A stretch of 64,000 nucleotides of DNA from an uncultured Planctomycetaceae bacterium (lineage in GTDB: Bacteria > Planctomycetota > Planctomycetia > Pirellulales > PALSA-1355). The stretch is taken from assembly GCA_963785305.1 (NCBI GenBank), contig CAWAUV010000007.1, positions 1,376,001 through 1,440,000 of the forward strand, written 5' to 3'. How positions within the stretch are numbered: position 1 is the stretch's first letter; each line of letters starts with the position of its first letter. Shown here in pieces: positions 10,213 through 19,058 of the stretch. The notes beneath the pieces are model-generated. The model did no database searches. It was given only the letters and a program-made list of their open reading frames with translations, and was not told where the DNA came from. The translations under genes were made by a program, and so were the position numbers.

Positions 10213-10560
10213 TTACCGAGGCTTCTTCCGAATCTTCCTTCGTTCAATCCCAGCCAACACCCCATCCAGCGTCTTGTCATCCAGAGCCGCCAACTTCAAG
10301 AACGCATCCGGCCGCTCCAGGAATCGCCTCCTGATCGGCTCCGGGATTTTCTCGGCCAGGATCAGCAGTTCGTCGGCGTCGGCTTCGAGAACGACAGCCA
10401 TTCGGCCGATCAACCGCTCGCCAGGGAAATCGCCGAAAGACAGCTTGCCGTTCTCGATCTTCGAGATATAGGTGAAATCGACGCCGACTTGACCAGCAAG
10501 ACCACGCTGGGTCAGCCGTTGTTTTTGCCGAAGTTCTCGGAGCTTTTCGCCGAATCGCAT
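10213..10560 (-). CDS. XRE-family HTH transcriptional regulator
   Basis: FGEKLRELR..LTQRGLA..VGVDFTYISKIENG. Confidence 0.9.
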   Translation of the reverse strand: MRFGEKLRELRQKQRLTQRGLAGQVGVDFTYISKIENGKLSFGDFPGERLIGRMAVVLEADADELLILAEKIPEPIRRRFLERPDAFLKLAALDDKTLDGVLAGIERRKIRKKPR

Positions 10561-10694
10561 GATTTTTCCACCCGGCAGATTGCCACCTACGAGGGGTAGT
10601 TGTATCCTGTTTGGATTCGCCAGTCAACGAAAAGGCGGCGAAGGCAACTCAGCCCTGCCTTCTTTCAGTCCGTTCGATGGAATCGGTACGTATA

Positions 10695-10990
10695 ATGCTG
10701 GACCTAACATTGCGGGACGAGTTCCGGGGCAAACGCCTCAAAGGCACCACCGTTGATTTCACGAACCAGTCGAAGACTGGAGCACTCGACGTATCCGCCG
10801 CCGACTTTCTCAAGATCACGTACCCGTCGTTCGACCTCCTGAAGACCGTCGAGGCGACCGGCCCCGGTCAGTCTCGGCCCGTGGTCTTGTTGGGAGCCAG
10901 GGGACAGGGCAAGTCACACTTGCTGGCCGCACTCTACCATCTCAGCACGAGTGCCGAGGCCGGGCATAAGTGGATGGCCGAGAATTCTAA
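10695..10990 (+). pseudogene. 5' stump of a DUF499-type AAA+ ATPase, truncated at a Y1-element end
   Basis: MLDLTLRDEFRGKRLKGT..FLKITYPS..GARGQGKSHLLAALYH (Walker A). Homology stops after about 95 aa. Confidence 0.65.
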
Positions 10991-11443
10991 CGGGTCAGGA
11001 CTCATTGTTTGGCGTATGGCCGAGATCCGTATCCGAAAAATGGACTTGCGGACGGCCACGAGGTCGCGGGGTCGAGTTTAGCCGCGGGCGCCTTGCCGTC
11101 GCTTCGGTCCAAGTCGGCTCGCCGAAGGGAGACCCTCGCCGCGCCGCGCACCGCGGCGAGATCTCGTGCCGCCAGCGGCGCCAGTGGCTGGGCATCAACT
11201 GGCAAGCGAACAACTCGACGGCATGCCGCGCGAGCCCTTCACCGAGCACGCGCTCGAAGGCTTCGTAATCCGCGTCGTTGCGGAATATCTTGACCCGGGC
11301 ACTCGCTCGATTCAGGGCATCGTAGACGCCGCCGGCTTCGCCGGCTCGTGGTGGTCGTAGCATGGCCGCTAGCCTACCAACAACCGCCAGCAAAATCAAT
11401 GAGGCCTGACCCCTTTGCTTTTCTCTGACCCCTTTGCTTTTCT
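10982..11443 (-). mobile_element. Internally deleted Y1/RAYT-like transposase element with GGGTCAGG termini, copy 1
   Basis: Remnant MLRPPRAGEAGGVYDALNRA..IFRNDADYEAF..QLMPSHW is joined to RRGSPFG..PRPRGRP. Ends GGGTCAGGACTCATTG and CAATGAGGCCTGACCCC; 19-bp tandem duplication at 11406-11443. Confidence 0.75.
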
Positions 11444-11724
11444 CGCACAAGCGGGTTTTTCGCGTGTCGGATGTTGTGCAAGAGGGGCAGACAGTCAAGG
11501 CCCAAGTGCAAAGCGTCGACGCCGAGCAGCAGCGAATCAGCCTGTCGATCAAGGCGCTCGAGGCCCGGCCGCTCTCGGAGAAGGAGCTCGAGGAGCGGGC
11601 CCAGCGCGAGGCCGAGGAGAACGCGCCCCCGCCGGAGCCGGCCAAGACTTCCAAACGCTCGAAGCCGCTCAAAGGCGGCATCGGCCATGCCTCGGGCGGC
11701 GAACGCTTCGGCCTCAAGTGGTAG
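11434..11724 (+). pseudogene. 3' fragment of an S1 RNA-binding-domain protein
   Basis: SHKRVFRVSDVVQEGQTVKAQVQSVDAEQQRISLSIK is the second half of an S1 domain. It begins at the element boundary. Confidence 0.7.
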
Positions 11725-11801
11725 CGGAATCGATCGGCTAGACAGCCGGTTTGCAAATGCCCTCGTGGCCTCGTGGCGTTTGTAAGCCTCGCCAAACGAC
11801 T

Positions 11802-11856
11802 TAGAGCCAATTCGGCAGCTCCCCCTCTCCCTTTGGGAGAGGGTAGGGTGAGGGCT
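11802..11856. repeat. Left part of a REP/MITE-like repeat split by ISAs1 (continues at 13108)
   Basis: CCCCCTCTCCCTTTGGGAGAGGGTAGGGTGAGGGCT|CGCCGAAGT matches the intact copy at 59870-59957. Confidence 0.7.
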
Positions 11857-13107
11857 CAGGGCCAATCATTGTTCTAGTCTAGCGGAAGTCTCCCGCGTAG
11901 GATGAGTGTGTACGTGCGTCCACTCACCTTCATTCTGCTGGAGATGCTTGCATGGCGACTGCCGAAGCAACGAGTCTGCTCGATTTCTTGTCGCGGATTC
12001 CCGATCCTCGTGGGCGGCGGGGGCGACGCTTTTCGCTCTCGGCCATGATGGCCACCGTGGTTTGCGGAATCCTTTGCGGCCACCGAGGTTACAAGGCGAT
12101 CGCCGATTGGATCGCGTCGCAGGACCGAAAAATCTGGTGGTTGCTGGGCTATTGGCGCAAGCCTCCTTGCGCCAATGCCTTCCGTGATCTGATCCTGGCC
12201 CTCGACCCCGTGATTTTAGAGCAGTGCGTGCGAGAATGGGTCGAGTCGCAACTGGGCGAGGTTGTGGATGAGGCAAAGTTGTCCGCCGTCGCGATGGATG
12301 GCAAGTCCCTGTGCGGAGTGCTGAACGCGCACGGACGGACGGCCCATCTGCTGTCCTTGTACGACCAAGAAACCGGCTATGTCTTGAGTCAGATGGAAGT
12401 CGATGGCAAGACCAACGAGATCACCGCCGCGCCGGAACTCTTGGAAACGATCGTCTTGAAAGGCCGCGTCATCACGGGCGACGCCCTGCTGTGTCAGCGC
12501 GAGATCTGCCAGAAAATCATCGACGGCGGCGGGCATTATCTCCTGGTGGTCAAAGACAATCAGCCGACTCTAATGCAGGCCATCGCCGCCGAGTTCGAGC
12601 CGGCCTTTTCCCCCCTATAACGAGAAGCAACGCCAATCCCATCTCGATGTCGCCGAAACGTTGAACAAGGGACACGGCCGGCGAGAACATCGCTCTCTGC
12701 AAGCTTCGACCCGGTTGGCGAAGCACTTGGATTGGCCCGGCCTGGAGCAGGTCTGCCGACTCGACCGCACGACCTGGCGCAAGGGCATTCAGACCCACGA
12801 AGTGGCGTATGCCATTTCCAGCGCGCCACGACCCAAAGGCTCGGCCGCCGACCTGCTGGGCTGGTGGCGCGGGCACTGGGGCATCGAAAACAAGTCCCAC
12901 TGGGTTCGCGACGTGGTTCTGGGCGAGGACGCCTGCCGAATCCGCAAGGGCAGCGCGCCCCAGGCGTTCAGCACGCTCCGCAATGCGGGCCTTACCCTCC
13001 TACGATCGCTAGGATGCACCCAAATCGCCCAAACTCTGCGAGAAAACGCCGCCCGAGTCGACCGCCTCCTCACCAGACTCGGCATCTTGAAAGAATGAGC
13101 GACCCTG
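11857..13107 (+). mobile_element. ISAs1-family IS, copy 1
   Basis: IRs CAGGGCCAATCATT and AATGAGCGACCCTG. 10-bp DR GGTGAGGGCT at 11847-11856 and 13108-13117. Confidence 0.93.
11952..13098 (+). CDS. ISAs1 transposase in two ORFs joined at a T4C6 site (+1 frame)
   Basis: IPDPR, MDGKSL, KTNEI, TGDAL, VKDNQ, then KGHGRRE and RGHWGIENKSHWVRD. Break at 12606-12615. Confidence 0.9.
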
Positions 13108-13190
13108 GGTGAGGGCTCGCCGAAGTACTCGGTTAGCTGAAAGGTCGTTATAATGACACGGCATCCCCGCGGCGGCGCGGCCTGTTGAAT

Positions 13191-13386
13191 AGCCTCTGGC
13201 GCCGCTGGCGGAACGAGCGCTCGCCGCGGCGCGGGCGTCCGTTCGGCGAGCCGACTTGGACCGAAGCGATGGCAAAGCGCCCGCGTCTAACCTCGCCCCC
13301 GCGACCTCGTGGCCGCCCGCAATCGCATTTTTCCGACACGGCGCCCGACCCCACGCCAAACAATGAGTCCTGACCCCTTAGAATTC
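13191..13386 (+). mobile_element. Y1/RAYT-like element 3' remnant, copy 2, inverted relative to copy 1
   Basis: Colinear with the reverse complement of 10982-11190, including the terminus ACGCCAAACAATGAGTCCTGACCC.TTAGAATTC. Confidence 0.75.
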
Positions 13387-14206
13387 ACCAAGCCGCCGGT
13401 TCCCTGGCGGCCGAGCTCGGATTGACCGATGAAAAAATCGGAGATCCCACCGGCGCGGGATATGATCGGAAGCAGTTCGCGCTCCAAGCGGATCGATTCA
13501 TCGAAGCGGAAATCCCCGACGCCGCGGCCGACGCCGGGGAACTTGTGATCCTCGGCGCCGAGTTGATGCCGGGCGGCGCGACGGCGGGGATGCTCGCGCC
13601 ATGCACGACGACCCGCACTATGCGTCTCAACTGACCGTTGGTATGGTGTTGATGACGATCGCCGGCGACGCGGCGAGCCTCGGCAAGGTGCAGGAAGCCG
13701 CCGGAGTCGTCAAGAAATTCTTCACCGCGAAGAAGGCGCGGCAAGTCGAATTAAACGCGCAGCGCGCCGAAAGCGCGCTCGCCCGAGCCGAGGCCGACGC
13801 CGCCGCCGTGGCAGCCGAACAGGCGGAAGTTACCGCTCAAAAAGCGCTGACCGAGCTACAAGGACAGATTCCAAATGCGCATTTCCTGACGCGCCACAGT
13901 CCGAACGTGACGCTGCAAGACCTGCTACACCGAGCGACTGTCGGTATACCAAACAGAGCCGGAAATCTAATTAAGAACGATGCTTCGCGATTTCTCAGCT
14001 ACATCGGCATGCAGCAAGCGGTAGAAAAAGCACTTGCATCCTATAAAGCAGGTGGCGCTAATAGTGGTCGCATAATAATTGACATGCTTCGTCCGATTGG
14101 CGAAGGATATTTAAAAAATAGCAACACATTAGTAACCACCACAAAAATAGTTGCTTTGTTTGACAAATATGGGCAGCTAATTACGATTTTTCCTAAACTA
14201 AAGTAA
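13387..14206 (+). CDS. Orphan polymorphic-toxin C-terminal module, putative RNase, 5'-truncated
   Basis: HFLTRH..DASRF..IGEGY..LITIFP resembles CdiA-CT RNase-type toxin domains. GC drops sharply toward the 3' end; probable frame break near 13590. Confidence 0.6.
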
Positions 14207-14218
14207 AAGGTGCTTTAG

Positions 14219-14620
14219 ATGCGGCAGGTGAATTACTATTTAATCGAAAATGCGATGATCCCCTTGATGGCTGAAAACATCAGACTTAACGGTCAGTTGA
14301 ATATTAATCCGAATGACGAGGTACAACTGCGTAAGCTGTTTCACTTGCATGTTTGCCCAGATGTCGCTCGATGGTTTCCGATTTATCGTGATCGCTTGCG
14401 GCTATCATTGGCATATTATATGAATCGTCCTGAAATACTCGATCGTGTTCTTGCGGCGCAGCAGGACCTCGATATGCCCGAGCCATCCGATATTGTCCGG
14501 TTCTTTATAATTCTCTGGGAGTCTTTATTTCCTACAGACAACTTATCCGCGGTTGATCTTACAGACATTGAAGAAAATAATGACATGATGGAGATAAATT
14601 TAACTCACTGTCCTTCCTGA
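14219..14620 (+). CDS. Putative cognate immunity protein
   Basis: 133-aa low-GC ORF 12 bp after the toxin stop, with FFIILWESLFP and an acidic tail. Confidence 0.55.
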   Translation: MRQVNYYLIENAMIPLMAENIRLNGQLNINPNDEVQLRKLFHLHVCPDVARWFPIYRDRLRLSLAYYMNRPEILDRVLAAQQDLDMPEPSDIVRFFIILWESLFPTDNLSAVDLTDIEENNDMMEINLTHCPS

Positions 14621-14693
14621 AATCCCCGTGAACGCTCTCGCGTTATTTGAGCGACCTATACCTTTAGGTTCTTATTCGGCATGGAAATAATTT

Positions 14694-16137
14694 GGCTCTT
14701 CCGTTTCCGAGTGTTTTGCTTGGGGATTCGGGATGGTTTTCTGGCGTTCGGGGGTTGGTCGGGTAGAATGGCGTGGAGGAGGCCGGGCGAGTCTCGATTT
14801 TACCTGAATGGAGTGGAGCCATGAATAGCGTCGCCGTCGAGATTGAAATGGATTTTCCGGACGGGGTGGCCGTCCGTGGCTACGAGCGTCATCAAGTCGC
14901 TCATGTGTTCGAGGTGGCCTTCGAGCTGCCCGAGCGCTGCGTGTGCCCAAAATGCCGGCACGAGGCGGTGGCCCAGCTTCGCGAGAAAGATGAAGTGCTC
15001 GCCATCCGCGACCTGGACCTGATGCGCGCGCCGACATTCTGGACCTATCGGCCGTTCTTGCATCAATGTCCCAAGTGCCGGCAGCGGACGCAGGTCGGGA
15101 CGCCGTTCAAGCGTCCGCGCGTGACTTACACCTATCGTTTCGAGCAGTTCGTGCTCGAGCAACTGGTGGGCACGAGCGTCGAGGAGGTGGCGCGGCGCCT
15201 GGGCATCTCCGCCGAGACGGTCGAACGCATCCTGGAGTGGCGCCTGACGAGCGAGCGCGCCATTTCGCCCGAGCGCGTGATCACCAGCGTGGGTCTCGAC
15301 GAATTGAGTCTCAAGAAACGACACAAGTTGTACGCCACGGTGCTCAGCGATCTATCCGATCCGAAGCATCCGCGAATTCTGGCGGTGGCCAAGGGTCGAG
15401 ACCGCGAGGCGACCGAGGCCTGCCTGGCCAAGCTTTCGCCGGAGCAACGGGCCCAAGTCGTCTCGCATCGCACGGACATGAGCGCCGTGTATCCGGAAGT
15501 CTGCAAAAGCTGGCTGCCGAACAGCCAGTTGGTGGTCGATCGTTTTCATGTCGCGAAGAAGCTGGGCGAGATCGTGGACCGCGTGAGAAAAAAACACGCC
15601 ATTTTAAGCTAGCACTCTCGCGGGCCGAGCGCAAGAAATTCCGTAGCCGCATGTGGCTCTACCGCGTCCGCCGCGAGGACTTGACCCCGGAGCAACAAAC
15701 CGAGTTGGACGACCTGCTGACCACGATTCCGGAACTGCAACAGGCTTATCATTTCCGGGAGGAAGTGGCGGAGATCTTCGATGGGTCGCGGGACCGCGAG
15801 GAAGCATCGCGGCGACTGGAGGAGCTGCGCGAAATGGTGTCGGGCGAGCCGGAGTTGCTCCAATGGTTCGCGCTCTACGATCGCTGGCGCGACGGCATCC
15901 TGGCGTACCTGGACCGCCGCGAGACGAGCGGCCCGGTGGAAGGCCTGAACAACAAGGCGCGGGTCATCACGCGGCGTAGTTATGGGATCAAGAACACCGA
16001 TAGTTTGTGGAAACGCTTGGTGCTGGACATCAACCACTTCCACGCCGCCACCCGCCGCCGCGTGCCCGACCTCCACGCCCTGGCCCGCGCCATCCAAGCA
16101 AGATTCCGGGCTTATTACATTTAGAAACGGAAGAGCC
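14694..16137 (+). mobile_element. ISL3-family IS
   Basis: 14-bp IRs GGCTCTTCCGTTTC and GAAACGGAAGAGCC; no flanking direct repeat seen. Confidence 0.9.
14821..16124 (+). CDS. ISL3 transposase, two ORFs with a -1 shift at A7C
   Basis: CPKC zinc fingers, GLDE, TDM, VDRFHV, then TSGPVEGLNNKARVITRRSYG. A-run at 15588-15594. Confidence 0.88.
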
Positions 16138-16139
16138 CG

Positions 16140-16343
16140 AAATGCTTAACAGTTACTGAAGTCTACCTTCGGCAATTACAATCGCGCGTTCTCCGAAGTC
16201 AATGTATCCCAGAAGAGCCGAATACGTGGTTAGTGGAACGCGCCGGCGAATTTTGGAGTGCTAGGCGCGATTTGCTCGCCGCGTCGTTCAATGACTTTCT
16301 AAAAGAATCTCTTGTTAATCGCCGACTCTTGGCTTCGGCGTGA
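16140..16343 (+). pseudogene. C-terminal stump resembling DUF262/GmrSD-type proteins
   Basis: My translation: ..YLRQLQSRVLRSQCIPEEPNTWLVERAGEFWSARRDLLAASFNDFLKE..*. Low GC; begins at the ISL3 right end. Confidence 0.45.
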
Positions 16344-16478
16344 GTGCGAATTTCCGTTTTATCGAGTCACGGAAGGGACGATAATATGACGGGACGCGGA
16401 AAGAGCGGAGCCTACCTGTAATGTTGCGTCGGCCCGGCCGGAGCCGAGCAATGAACGCAATCGACGCGCGAGAGTGCG

Positions 16479-17432
16479 TCAAAACGATTCGATGGTCAAG
16501 GCGTGCTCGCGCATAAACGCGATCGCCTCCTCGCGCGTGAATACGCTCTCGGTGGCGCTCACGCCGCGCACGCAACTCGCCCCCGCCGCGCTTGCCCAGC
16601 GGAGGCAGCCGCTGGGGCTCTCGCCGGCCAAGAGACCCGCGATATAGCCGGCGTCGAAGGCGTCGCCCGAGCCGGTTCCGCCACGATATTCGGTCGGGTA
16701 CACGCCGGCCCGAAGCCGCGAGCCATCGGCCGAGAGTAGCAGGCTGCCGGCGGCGCCTTGGGTGATGACCACCGTGCGAGCGCCGGCCGCGCGAAAGCGA
16801 ACCGCTTGGCCCAGGGCATCGTCTTCGCCGGTCAGGAGCCGAGCTTCATCGTGATTCGGAAGAAAAACATCGGTCTCGGCGAGCACCGGCGCCAAGCGCG
16901 GCCAATGGTCGCCCCCGCCCGGCAGCACGATATCGAGCACGGTAATGACGCCCGCCCGCCGGGCTTGGCGAAAGAGCGCGGCGAGTCCGTCGGGCTCGAG
17001 GTTGGCCATCATCAGATACCCGCCGACATAAAACACCTTGGCGGCCAACACCTGTTCGAGCGGAATTTGCTCGACCCGCACCTGGGCGCTCGCGCCAGCC
17101 GAGTGAATGAAGCGGCGGTCTTGGCCTTGGACATTGATGATGAGAGTGCTCGAGGTCTCGGCGCTTTCGATTTGGAGAATGTCGTCGACCCCGGCGCCGG
17201 CGGCTCGTAGCGAGTCGATGAGGAACTGCCCGAGCGGATCGCGTCCGACACAGCCCAGGGTTCGCACTCGGACGCCAAGTCGCGCGAGGTCGACGGCCAC
17301 ATTGGCCGCGCAGCCGCCGATGCCGAGCGGCAAGCGATCGACCACCACCAGCTCGCCCGGCGAAGGCGCATGGGGGATCGGATCGCATAGGTGATCGACC
17401 ACCAGGATTCCAAGGCTGAGGCAATCGTGCAT
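16479..17432 (-). CDS. PfkB-family carbohydrate kinase
   Basis: GGCAANVA, PNHDEA, GTGSGDAFDAG. Confidence 0.9.
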   Translation of the reverse strand: MHDCLSLGILVVDHLCDPIPHAPSPGELVVVDRLPLGIGGCAANVAVDLARLGVRVRTLGCVGRDPLGQFLIDSLRAAGAGVDDILQIESAETSSTLIINVQGQDRRFIHSAGASAQVRVEQIPLEQVLAAKVFYVGGYLMMANLEPDGLAALFRQARRAGVITVLDIVLPGGGDHWPRLAPVLAETDVFLPNHDEARLLTGEDDALGQAVRFRAAGARTVVITQGAAGSLLLSADGSRLRAGVYPTEYRGGTGSGDAFDAGYIAGLLAGESPSGCLRWASAAGASCVRGVSATESVFTREEAIAFMREHALTIESF

Positions 17433-17658
17433 GGCGGGAAATCCGAAATCCGGGAAATCCGTGGATGGGGAAACCGCATTGACCTCGCGGGCGAATTGAC
17501 CTATGGTTCGCGCTTGATAGCGCCGCGACGTTTTTTGCCGCCCGCCGACAAGATACACCCCAGCGCAGCGCTTGCCCAGCCGATCGCCGGCCTATTGTTG
17601 CCGGCCGATCGCGCAGCGCGCGTTGCTTGTCAACCGGGCTCTTCGGGAGGTGTATCGT

Positions 17659-18999
17659 ATGACGGCGCGATCGGGAATGTCTTGGCTGGCTCTTGCATGC
17701 GGGCTGTTCACCGCCTCGCTTTACGCAGCCGACGAAACTGCCCCGCCGGCGACAAACGCCACCGCTACGTCGCCGCGCGGCGATTCCGTCGCCCAAGTCG
17801 CGCGGCTGATCCACTCGCTGGGCGATTCGGATTACACGCTCCGCCAAAGCGCCGACGATCAGCTTGTGCGTCTGGGCGCCGAGGCTCGCGAGCCGCTGCT
17901 CGCGGCGCTTCGCTCCGACGACGCCGAAGTTCGCCTACGAGCCCAATCCCTCATCGACCGTATTCTGGTGGCCGAGCTCTGGGCGCCGAGCATGGCCCAG
18001 GCGCCGCTGGCCCACGAGCCGGCGAGCCGCGGGTTCGAGGCCGTGGCGCGCGAGACGCACAACCATTTGTTCATGGGCGACGCGCATTCCTCGGCCGCCG
18101 ATCCGGCCATCGACCTGAGCGCCGAAGCGCGGCCCTTCTGGCAAGCGGTCGATGAATTGTGCCGCAAGAGCGGGAACCATGTGCGGCCAAACTACGATTC
18201 GCATTCCCCCGGTTTGATCGTCGTGGCCGGCGCGGCGGGACAATTTCCAACCGCCTATGCCGGCCCCCTGCGGGCGCAGCTCACCGGCGCCCGGCGGCTC
18301 TTTGCCGAGGAACTCGACTTCGAGAGCGGCAAGTCGAGCGTCACGCACACCTTCCAGTTCAATGTGCAGTTCATGTGGGAAGATCGCTTGCGACTCGTGG
18401 CCTACACCTCGGGTCCGACGCTGGTCGAGGCGATTGCGAGCGATGGCAAGCCGGTGGTTTCGACCAGCGCGAGCGGAGTCGCCTGGAATGTGACCAACGC
18501 CAGCACCCGGCAAGTGACGGCGAGCATGCGGATCACGCCGCCGCCGATCGACGCCAAGACGCTCTCGGTCTTGCGGCTTAAATGGGGCTTGGTGGCGGTG
18601 GGCGATATGCGGACCGCGCGCTTCGAGCCGCTCGTGGCCAAGGCGCGGTTTCAACATGGCGACCTGTCGGCGCAGGTGGAATCGCTCGAACGGCAAAGCG
18701 CCGGTCGCACCGAGCTCACGCTCATACTAGCTCGCGACCTCGCGGCGCCCGAACCGCAAGAAGCGCTGCTCGAGGAAAACAATGTCGAACTGCTCGATCA
18801 GAACGGCGTTCGCTTCCGCCCGTTGAATCAGTCGAATTCGCTCACCGAGGGCGGAGTGCAAATGAAGTTGAGCTTCGTGGGCGAATCGGCGGAGAGCCAG
18901 CCCGCGGCGCTCGAAATCACCTATCCGCGGCTCCGCAGTCGCCGCGAGCTTGAAATCGTGTTTCGCGAGGCGCCGCTGCCCGTGGGCCGGCCGGAGTGA
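17659..18999 (+). CDS. Secreted hypothetical protein with N-terminal HEAT-like repeat
   Basis: GGAGG RBS, signal-peptide-like N-terminus, LGDSDYTLRQSA..DAEVRLRA. Confidence 0.65.
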   Translation: MTARSGMSWLALACGLFTASLYAADETAPPATNATATSPRGDSVAQVARLIHSLGDSDYTLRQSADDQLVRLGAEAREPLLAALRSDDAEVRLRAQSLIDRILVAELWAPSMAQAPLAHEPASRGFEAVARETHNHLFMGDAHSSAADPAIDLSAEARPFWQAVDELCRKSGNHVRPNYDSHSPGLIVVAGAAGQFPTAYAGPLRAQLTGARRLFAEELDFESGKSSVTHTFQFNVQFMWEDRLRLVAYTSGPTLVEAIASDGKPVVSTSASGVAWNVTNASTRQVTASMRITPPPIDAKTLSVLRLKWGLVAVGDMRTARFEPLVAKARFQHGDLSAQVESLERQSAGRTELTLILARDLAAPEPQEALLEENNVELLDQNGVRFRPLNQSNSLTEGGVQMKLSFVGESAESQPAALEITYPRLRSRRELEIVFREAPLPVGRPE

Positions 19000-19058
19000 G
19001 CGGCGGTATCCAATGGCGCTTTCGGTTCGCCGCGAGGCCCCCCCGGTCGCGGTTATCG

